Virus record (IMG/VR): IMGVR_UViG_2563366918_000005 | Origin: a virus | Taxonomy: Duplodnaviria > Heunggongvirae > Uroviricota > Caudoviricetes | Reading direction: 5' to 3' (one strand) | Length of the DNA: 42,002 nucleotides | Part shown: in pieces, positions 35,730 to 42,002 of the stretch | Layout of the letters: every line of letters starts with the position of its first letter | How positions within the stretch are numbered: position 1 is the stretch's first letter | Program-made: the position numbers and the translations under genes | The notes under the pieces: generated by a model | The model's input: the letters and a program-made list of their open reading frames with translations, nothing else | Told to the model about the DNA's origin: nothing | The model's database searches: none

Positions 35730-35746
35730 TTCACCCATAAGGTAAC
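35730..35746. promoter_or_regulatory. Operator (weak) TTCACCCATAAGGTAAC
   Basis: One mismatch in left half. Confidence 0.3.
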
Positions 35747-35760
35747 AAAAATCAAGGATA

Positions 35761-35777
35761 GTTACCTATGAGGTGCA
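35761..35777. promoter_or_regulatory. Operator GTTACCTATGAGGTGCA
   Basis: Left half matches family; right half degenerate. Confidence 0.35.
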
Positions 35778-35794
35778 TTTACCTGTTGGGTAAT
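35778..35794. promoter_or_regulatory. Operator palindrome TTTACCTGTTGGGTAAT
   Basis: Near-perfect; with the two adjacent sites forms an OR-like triple operator between cro-like and repressor genes. Confidence 0.5.
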
Positions 35795-35848
35795 ATTGCT
35801 TTAAATTGAATCATCTACTGATTCATATATGAGGCGATTTTCCAGAAA

Positions 35849-36433
35849 ATGAAAAGTATCCAGGACGTCCGCAGGCAAAATCTCAACGACTTGATCGACC
35901 GTGAATTCAATGGTGTTCAGACGCGGATGGCAGAAAAACTTGGAACTCAGGCAAATCTGGTAAACCGCTGGGCTCTTGGCAAGAAGGTTATCGGCGACCA
36001 GGTTGCACGAAAAATTGAAGCTGCCGCCAATAAACCCCGTAACTGGCTTGATATTGATCGCTCGCTTTCTCAGGAGGGTTTTCAGCCTGTCGGCCCGAGC
36101 GATATAGGTCAGCTGGCGGCTCACAACCTGGAACGCTGGATGAGCGAAAGCCGCGACCTTTCAACGCAGGGAAAACTACACCGCGCATCCGGCGTCGCCC
36201 AGGTGACAATCAGCCGCCTGTTAAACAATGAGGTCAGCGTTTCCATTTCCACCCTGGAGAATGTTGCATCCGCATTCGGGCGTCACGGCTATGAATTACT
36301 GATTCACCCGCACGACCCTGCGACCATCAACTATGATCGCTCGCGCTACGCATTGTTACCCGAAACCGAGAAAGCAAAGATCGAAAGTTACATTGAATTT
36401 GTCATCAACCAGAACGAAAAAAACAAACAATAA
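35849..36433 (+). CDS. Immunity repressor candidate with two HTH domains, no peptidase domain
   Basis: 194 aa; HTH-like segments (…QTRMAEKLGTQANLVNRWALGKK… and …LHRASGVAQVTISRLLNNE…); no Ala-Gly / Ser-Lys autocleavage module seen; sits between operator clusters. Confidence 0.6.
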   Translation: MKSIQDVRRQNLNDLIDREFNGVQTRMAEKLGTQANLVNRWALGKKVIGDQVARKIEAAANKPRNWLDIDRSLSQEGFQPVGPSDIGQLAAHNLERWMSESRDLSTQGKLHRASGVAQVTISRLLNNEVSVSISTLENVASAFGRHGYELLIHPHDPATINYDRSRYALLPETEKAKIESYIEFVINQNEKNKQ

Positions 36434-36453
36434 AATCATATTTTTCAGTAAGT

Positions 36454-36478
36454 AAGCCGCCAGAAGGCGGCTTTTTTA
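36454..36478 (+). terminator. Rho-independent terminator after repressor gene
   Basis: AAGCCGCC-AGAA-GGCGGCTT followed by TTTTATT. Confidence 0.7.
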
Positions 36479-36489
36479 TTGCCTATTCG

Positions 36490-36506
36490 ATTACCTAATG
36501 GGTAAT
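36490..36506. promoter_or_regulatory. Operator palindrome ATTACCTAATGGGTAAT
   Basis: Perfect 6-5-6 palindrome upstream of -35 TTGACA. Confidence 0.5.
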
Positions 36507-36524
36507 TTTTTTAACTCATATCTA

Positions 36525-36552
36525 TTGACATCAAACCAGATACGCATAATTA
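36525..36552 (+). promoter_or_regulatory. PL-like early promoter (TTGACA-16-TAATTA)
   Basis: -35 TTGACA 36525-36530, -10 TAATTA 36547-36552, bracketed by operators. Confidence 0.5.
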
Positions 36553-36568
36553 TTACCTCAACGGTAAC
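36552..36568. promoter_or_regulatory. Operator ATTACCTCAACGGTAAC
   Basis: Overlaps the -10 / +1 of the PL-like promoter. Confidence 0.45.
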
Positions 36569-36586
36569 AGACCGAGGTAACAAGTT

Positions 36587-36739
36587 ATGCAGTGGAAAAT
36601 CATCAACGGTTGGTACTGCGTTACTGCATGCGGATTCATGAGCTGGAAGTTCCGCACCTTACAGGAAGGCATTAAGTGGGCTTTCGTCAGCAAAGAAGCT
36701 CGCGATGTGGCCAACGATAACGAGATATGGGAGGGCTGA
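36587..36739 (+). CDS. Small Trp/Cys-rich protein (50 aa; not in ORF track), first gene of early operon
   Basis: RBS GAGGT 8 nt before ATG 36587; product MQWKIINGWYCVTACGFMSWKFRTLQEGIKWAFVSKEARDVANDNEIWEG. Confidence 0.4.
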   Translation: MQWKIINGWYCVTACGFMSWKFRTLQEGIKWAFVSKEARDVANDNEIWEG

Positions 36740-36741
36740 TA

Positions 36742-37041
36742 ATGAACGTTAATCAGCAGAAAAATCTTCAAAAAATCATGCTGGCATTCGACAAGGACTA
36801 CCGCCTGTCAGAACAGCTATATGACCGACAAGTTGAACTGATTGAGAGTATCCGGCTTCATCAACTGGCATCAACTTTCGACGTTGTAACAGTTAAAGGC
36901 GTTCGCCAGGAAGTACTGGAGGCCGCTAAAGACAGCCCTGAGTTCGAAGAACTAATGGATGCCTACCGGCGCGAGGCAATGGCAATTATCGCCCGCTGGG
37001 ATCTGGCTGATCAGATTGATGGGCAGAGGGACGCGGCATGA
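36742..37041 (+). CDS. Hypothetical protein upstream of exonuclease
   Basis: RBS GGAGGG 6 nt before ATG 36742; 99 aa; stop overlaps exonuclease start. Confidence 0.5.
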   Translation: MNVNQQKNLQKIMLAFDKDYRLSEQLYDRQVELIESIRLHQLASTFDVVTVKGVRQEVLEAAKDSPEFEELMDAYRREAMAIIARWDLADQIDGQRDAA

Positions 37042-37859
37042 ATCCGGGAATTTATTTCGATATCAGCAACGAGGACTACCACGCCGGTGACGGCGTGAGT
37101 AAGTCGCAGCTAGATATGGTGGCTAAGAACCCTGCCCTTCTGAAATGGGTGAAGGCTGCTCCGGAAGACGAAGAGAAGAAGTCTGCACTGGACATGGGTA
37201 CTGCTCTGCACTGTCTGCTTCTGGAACCTGGAGAGTTTGACAAACGCTTCATCGTTTCACCGAAATTCGATCGTCGGACAAAACAAGGTAAAGCTGACGA
37301 AGAGGCATTTATTCGTGATGTAGCGGATATGGGGATTTCGGTACTTGATGCAGAGCAGTGGCGAAAACTGGAGCTGATGCGTGATAGCGCAATGGCTCAC
37401 CCGGCGGCACGCTGGATGTTGGAAGCACCTGGTTACTGCGAAGCATCAATGTACTGGAACGATGAAGATACGGGTGAGTTGTGCCGAATTCGTCCAGACA
37501 AATGGCTGAACGAGCACAACGTGATCGTCGACGTGAAAAAGGTTGCAGATATGGACCGTTTTGCACGCCACATCGAGGAGTTCCGCTACCACGTGCAGGA
37601 CGCAATGTACCGCGAAGGCGCAATGAGGGTTACTGGTCAGCCACATGGTTTTTTCTTTCTTGCCGTGAGCGAAAGCATTGATTGTGGTCGGTATCCGGTA
37701 CGCGTGTTCGAGCTGGATGCGCCGGATGTCGATGCCGGGCACGCTCTGTTCCGCCGGGATCTGAATACCTATCACGAATGCCGCATCAACGATGAGTGGG
37801 GCGGAGTGGAAATTATTAAACGCCCTGACTGGGCACGTAAACAGGATATGTACGTATGA
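37038..37859 (+). CDS. PD-(D/E)xK exonuclease (RecE-like)
   Basis: 273 aa; N-terminus MNPGIYFDISNEDYHAGDGVSKSQLDMV… and …VIVDVKKV… / …RYHVQDAMY… blocks resemble prophage exonuclease VIII-type proteins as remembered. Confidence 0.6.
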   Translation: MNPGIYFDISNEDYHAGDGVSKSQLDMVAKNPALLKWVKAAPEDEEKKSALDMGTALHCLLLEPGEFDKRFIVSPKFDRRTKQGKADEEAFIRDVADMGISVLDAEQWRKLELMRDSAMAHPAARWMLEAPGYCEASMYWNDEDTGELCRIRPDKWLNEHNVIVDVKKVADMDRFARHIEEFRYHVQDAMYREGAMRVTGQPHGFFFLAVSESIDCGRYPVRVFELDAPDVDAGHALFRRDLNTYHECRINDEWGGVEIIKRPDWARKQDMYV

Positions 37860-38737
37860 GCAATGATATCGCAATCACATCACAACCAGGCGCAACTGTA
37901 GGTACTGCTGCGGCAATCTTCAGCCCGGAGGGCATGAATCAACTGGTGCGTTTCGCGGAGTTGATGTCACAAAGCAAAGCGACTGTACCGAAACATCTTG
38001 AAGGCAAACCTGCCGATTGTCTGGCGGTGACCATGCAGGCGGCACAGTGGGGAATGAATCCTTTCGCCGTGGCGCAGAAAACGCATGTGGTAAACGGAAC
38101 GTTAGGCTACGAAGCACAGTTGGTAAACGCGGTCGTATCCTCTTCCAGCCTGCTAGCGACACGCCTGAATTATCGCTGGAGCGGTGACTGGTCGAATGTT
38201 AACGGCAAAACAGATAAATCACCGAATCTGACGGTAACTGTGTCAGCAGTTCTTAAAGGAGAAGCAGAACCCCGTGAGCTTACCATCAGTATGGCGCAAG
38301 CCGGAGTGCGTAACTCTCCATTGTGGGAACAGGATCCGCGCCAGCAGCTTGCCTATCTTTGCACGAAACGATGGGCTCGCCTGCACGCTCCTGATGTACT
38401 TCTCGGTGTTTACACCCCTGACGAATTACAGGAAACGGCACCGCGCGTTGAGCGAGACATTACTCCGCAAACGACCACTGCTGCGGGAATGAACAGTCTG
38501 ATCAACGCTAAACCAGCGAAAAAGCCTGATGAGCAAACGCGTAAAGCGGATAGCCGTGATCCAGAAGAAATGCTGATGGCCTTTACCAGCGCAGCGATGA
38601 ATTACAGCACTGTCTCCGAACTGGATAAGGCTTACAAATACATTGCACAAAAACTTTCAGATGATGACGAACTGCTGGCAAAAGCCACCGACGTTTACAG
38701 CGTTCGTCGGGAAGAATTAAACGAAACATCTATGTAA
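37856..38737 (+). CDS. Single-strand annealing recombinase (Bet/RecT superfamily)
   Basis: 293 aa; …AAQWGMNPFAV… and …ERDITPQ… resemble lambda Bet (…ANQYGLNPWTKEIYAF…, …ERDITPV…) as remembered; start coupled to exonuclease stop. Confidence 0.65.
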   Translation: MSNDIAITSQPGATVGTAAAIFSPEGMNQLVRFAELMSQSKATVPKHLEGKPADCLAVTMQAAQWGMNPFAVAQKTHVVNGTLGYEAQLVNAVVSSSSLLATRLNYRWSGDWSNVNGKTDKSPNLTVTVSAVLKGEAEPRELTISMAQAGVRNSPLWEQDPRQQLAYLCTKRWARLHAPDVLLGVYTPDELQETAPRVERDITPQTTTAAGMNSLINAKPAKKPDEQTRKADSRDPEEMLMAFTSAAMNYSTVSELDKAYKYIAQKLSDDDELLAKATDVYSVRREELNETSM

Positions 38738-38786
38738 CCACCACCGCGGCGCCACGCGCGCCGCACTGCAACCAAGAGAGGTATTT

Positions 38787-39035
38787 ATGAAAGGTGCATT
38801 AGGTAAGAAGGAACTCCTGGCGGTGGTGCCACTGTCATGGAGCACTATCGACCGTATGGAGCGCGCAGGGGAATTTCCTAAACGCTGGTATATCACCGAT
38901 AAACGCTGCGCATGGAACCGTGATGAAGTTGAGCGTTGGCTTGATGAACGTCAGGCAGCAAGCCCGGCAGAGTTCCAGGGTAAAAAACCTCCTGTTCAGC
39001 AACGTGTATATCGTCCCGTGAGCAACGCGGCATGA
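38787..39035 (+). CDS. AlpA-family regulator / excisionase-like protein
   Basis: 82 aa; RBS AGAGAGG; …LSWSTIDRMERAGEFPKRWYITDKRCAWNRDEVERWL… fits AlpA/Xis-type pattern. Confidence 0.55.
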   Translation: MKGALGKKELLAVVPLSWSTIDRMERAGEFPKRWYITDKRCAWNRDEVERWLDERQAASPAEFQGKKPPVQQRVYRPVSNAA

Positions 39036-39144
39036 GTGTGCTGCTAAGGCACTGGAGCAAATGGTCAGGATGGTACTTATTCCTGGCCTCTGTTTCTGCA
39101 TGGCTTTATCTGCTGGCATTAATTTTCAGAGAGGGTTGGATTAA

Positions 39145-39444
39145 GTGAGAAAGTTAAGCCGACTTGAAAAATATCACATGAACAAGGTTTCAATGCGCAG
39201 CCCTTCAAAGGTTGTTGCCGTTACTCCTGCGGCGATAGAGATCGAAAAACGCGCGATTGAAAGAGAGAAAAAAGGGCAGTTCCGCATTGCCGCCCACCTT
39301 TGGCTTCAGTGTATGGATGTTGCTTCTGGTGATGTTGAGCGTGCAAGGATCGCGGTTCGCAGGGACCAATGTATCACAAAAGGTAACGGCCTTCGCCGTG
39401 GCGACTATAGCGGCATAGGATGTTGCGGGGTGGTTTATGACTAA
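39145..39444 (+). CDS. PerC/ANR-like small regulator (hypothetical)
   Basis: 99 aa; …AAHLWLQCMDVASGDVERARIAVRRDQC… resembles PerC-family pattern; GTG start. Confidence 0.4.
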   Translation: MRKLSRLEKYHMNKVSMRSPSKVVAVTPAAIEIEKRAIEREKKGQFRIAAHLWLQCMDVASGDVERARIAVRRDQCITKGNGLRRGDYSGIGCCGVVYD

Positions 39445-40087
39445 GAAATACACACTAATCTATGCAGATCCACCCTGGGTATACCGGGACAAAGCCGCAG
39501 ATGGTAATCGCGGTGCCGGTTTTAAATATCCGGTTATGAGTGTGCTGGATATCTGCCGCCTTCCTGTGTGGGATTTGGCCGATGAAAACTGTCTGTTGGC
39601 CATGTGGTGGGTGCCAACACAACCACTCGAAGCACTAAAAGTTGTTGAAGCCTGGGGATTCCGTCTGATGACCATGAAGGGCTTCACGTGGATAAAATGT
39701 GGTAGTCGACAACCAGATAAACTGGTTATGGGTATGGGACACATGACTCGCGCCAATAGTGAAGATTGCCTGTTTGCAGTAAAGGGAAAACTACCTCCGC
39801 GCATTAATGCAGGGATCGTTCAGTCATTTACCGCACCGCGGCTTGAGCATTCAAGAAAACCAGATGTCGTTCGTGAAAAACTTGTGCAATTGTTAGGCGA
39901 TGTTTCTCGCATTGAACTGTTCGCCCGCCAGTCGTCTCATGGCTTCGATGTTTGGGGTAATCAGTGCGAAGACCCGGCAGTGCAACTACACCCTGGATAC
40001 GCATTGGATATTGCCAGATTAACAAATGCATTCAGCAATGCTCAGGTGTCACCAATAGACAACCAGGGGCGGGAGCGTGCAGCATGA
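39437..40087 (+). CDS. DNA N6-adenine methyltransferase, MT-A70 family
   Basis: 216 aa; catalytic DPPW motif (…[10 protein letters not shown]…). Confidence 0.7.
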   Translation: MTKKYTLIYADPPWVYRDKAADGNRGAGFKYPVMSVLDICRLPVWDLADENCLLAMWWVPTQPLEALKVVEAWGFRLMTMKGFTWIKCGSRQPDKLVMGMGHMTRANSEDCLFAVKGKLPPRINAGIVQSFTAPRLEHSRKPDVVREKLVQLLGDVSRIELFARQSSHGFDVWGNQCEDPAVQLHPGYALDIARLTNAFSNAQVSPIDNQGRERAA

Positions 40088-40743
40088 ACCTATATCAACG
40101 CATCAATGGCGCTGACTGGTGCAATATCTTCGTCGTCGGCGATCTGCATGGGTGCTACACGCTGCTGATGAACGAACTCGACAAAGTTTCATTCGACCCG
40201 GCGCGCGATTTACTTATTTCCGTTGGTGACCTTGTTGACCGCGGCGCTGAAAACGTCGAATGCCTGGATTTGATTACTATGCCGTGGTTCCGAGCTGTTC
40301 GTGGCAACCATGAGCAGATGATGCTGGATGCACTGGTCAACGGCGGAAGTTTCGGACATTGGATGTCAAACGGCGGTGGATGGTGGCACCAACTTGATTC
40401 TGAGCAGGATGTGCAACTCAAATACCTTCTGCCAAAGATTACCAACCTCCCGATGATTATCGAACTGGTTACCGGCAATAAGAAGGTCGTCATCTGTCAC
40501 GCAGACTACCCGCACAACGAATACGCATTCGATAAGCCAGTACCAGAAGAAATGGTGATATGGAATCGTGAGCGGGTTAGCGACGCGCAGGACGGTATTG
40601 TCTCGGAGATAACCGGTGCCGATTTGTTCATCTTCGGTCATACGCCAGCACATCACCCACTGGTGTATGCAAACCAGATGTACATCGACACCGGCGCAGT
40701 GTTCTGCGGAAATCTGACGCTTACCAAAGTCCAGGAAGGATAG
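40084..40743 (+). CDS. Ser/Thr protein phosphatase, lambda-type metallophosphoesterase
   Basis: 219 aa from ATG 40084 (RBS GGGAG); motifs GDLHG, GDLVDRG, GNHE; start overlaps methyltransferase stop. Confidence 0.75.
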   Translation: MNLYQRINGADWCNIFVVGDLHGCYTLLMNELDKVSFDPARDLLISVGDLVDRGAENVECLDLITMPWFRAVRGNHEQMMLDALVNGGSFGHWMSNGGGWWHQLDSEQDVQLKYLLPKITNLPMIIELVTGNKKVVICHADYPHNEYAFDKPVPEEMVIWNRERVSDAQDGIVSEITGADLFIFGHTPAHHPLVYANQMYIDTGAVFCGNLTLTKVQEG

Positions 40744-40745
40744 AA

Positions 40746-42002
40746 TTATTTATTACTGTCTTCCATCCACCTCTCAAACTTCGACGGGGAGAACGGAATC
40801 AGATCCGTATGCTCCCCGTTAATCCAGGAATCAATCATATCGGCCCACTGCTGCAACATGTAGGCGCGCTGTCTGGCGTATTCCGCTTTGTTATATACGG
40901 CGCGCACACCTTTCTGCTCATGTGCCAGAGCCTTTTCAATCCAGTCTGAAGGATAACCAGCCTCATGCAACAACGTACTGGCTGTACGGCGCATATCATG
41001 TACGGTGAAGTCCTGAATATGCTCACCATCTTCATTTATTATTTTCACCGTTCTGTCGATCAGAGAGTTCAGCGCGGCATTAGATAATGGCTTCCGGAAG
41101 TTGTAACGACCAGGAACCAGATATTCACTTCCACCAGCGCACATCTGCAACCCGACCAATATATCCTGTGCCTGTTTAGGCAGGTAAATAACATGCGCCC
41201 GGCTTCCCTTCATGCGGTCTGAAGGAATTGTCCATGTCCATTTTTTAAAATCTATTTCGTCCCACGTTGCATTGGTGAATTCGCCTTTACGAACCATAGT
41301 GATAAGCACCAGCTTTAAAGCCATTTTCATAGTGCCCATAGCACCAATGGCATCCAGCGTGCGGAAGAACAGGCCAATTTCTTCTGGTGTCAGTGTTCGC
41401 TCTCGTGGTTTAAATATGGCGATAGACGAAGGTTTAATGTCAGCCGCAGGATTAAACAAACCATGACCACGGTCATTGGCGTGACGGTATACGCTGCTGA
41501 TGATCTCCCTGGCCTGCACTGCTGTTGCCCGACCACCGCGTTCGACAATCCGGTCACACAAATCACGAACCATCGATGTGGTAATTTCAGTCATCATTTT
41601 GTTGCCAAGAAACGGAAGTATGTCACGGTCGATCACCGCCTGCTTCATTGCGCGGGTACTGTCAGCCAGGATGACATGTTTCATATAACTGTCGGTATGT
41701 ACCGCAAACGTCTCGGCACCACGAATCTTTTTGATACCGTCACGTTTAGCCGCAGCCGGTGACTGGCCTGCTTTAAGCAGCTTCTTTGCAGCAATCAGTT
41801 CTTCTCGCGCTTCTGCCAGGCTGATACCGTCACGCCCATACTGCCCGATTACCAGTGTTTCGCGGCGACCGTTGATACGGTAGTCATAGCGAAACGAGAC
41901 CGTGCCTGACGTAAGCACAGCTACATACAGCCCGTCACGATCGGAGACCTTGTACAGTTTGTCCTGCGGCTTGAGGTTTTTTAATTTTGTATCGGTAAGC
42001 AC
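40746..42002 (-). CDS. Tyrosine integrase (P4-like N-terminal domain), truncated by window edge
   Basis: N-terminus …LTDTKLKNLKPQDKLYKVSDRDGLY…; C-terminal catalytic region with …HDMRRT…; ORF open at 42002 so the true start may lie beyond the window. Confidence 0.85.
   Translation of the reverse strand: MLTDTKLKNLKPQDKLYKVSDRDGLYVAVLTSGTVSFRYDYRINGRRETLVIGQYGRDGISLAEAREELIAAKKLLKAGQSPAAAKRDGIKKIRGAETFAVHTDSYMKHVILADSTRAMKQAVIDRDILPFLGNKMMTEITTSMVRDLCDRIVERGGRATAVQAREIISSVYRHANDRGHGLFNPAADIKPSSIAIFKPRERTLTPEEIGLFFRTLDAIGAMGTMKMALKLVLITMVRKGEFTNATWDEIDFKKWTWTIPSDRMKGSRAHVIYLPKQAQDILVGLQMCAGGSEYLVPGRYNFRKPLSNAALNSLIDRTVKIINEDGEHIQDFTVHDMRRTASTLLHEAGYPSDWIEKALAHEQKGVRAVYNKAEYARQRAYMLQQWADMIDSWINGEHTDLIPFSPSKFERWMEDSNK

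Noticed and set aside
35849-36433. LexA-like autocleavable CI repressor
   Set aside because: No S24 peptidase motifs (Ala-Gly site, Ser/Lys dyad) seen; two HTH-like segments instead.

Overview
The window holds a short E. coli-type chromosomal flank, an IS200 copy, and an almost complete ~40 kb temperate podovirus-like prophage that runs from about 1875 to beyond the right edge. All calls come from reading the sequence and the ORF track by eye; no searches or computations were run. Flank: two small envelope-protein genes (1-1071, probably yfgH-yfgI) and IS200 (1143-1850). The prophage left junction carries a remnant of the guaA 3' end (codons IEWE-stop, minus strand, 1875-1889), which fits an epsilon15/phiV10-type phage integrated in guaA. 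Prophage layout, right to left on the minus strand: cro-like gene, lambda O-like initiator with internal iterons, P-like helicase loader, nin-like genes, terS/terL, an inserted island (tRNA-Arg(UCU) plus an AT-rich gene split by IS1), portal, scaffold, capsid, T7-like tail and internal virion proteins, a plus-strand antirepressor island, a tailspike with an SGNH-esterase-like domain, then two holins, GH19 endolysin and nested Rz/Rz1. On the plus strand right of the immunity region: a double-HTH repressor, then an early operon with a RecE-like exonuclease, Bet-like annealase, AlpA-like and PerC-like regulators, MT-A70 adenine methyltransferase and a lambda-type phosphatase; the integrase (minus) is cut by the window edge. 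Most notable regulatory signals: a 17-bp palindrome ATTACC-N5-GGTAAT at 13 or more intergenic positions, and a perfect LexA box in front of a small gene homologous to the antirepressor C-terminal domain, while the repressor lacks a peptidase domain. Candidate novel cargo: the IS1-inactivated membrane/coiled-coil gene (26273-27868) and an AT-rich membrane-anchored gene (8249-8788); neither could be assigned to a known family. No CRISPR array or rRNA was seen.
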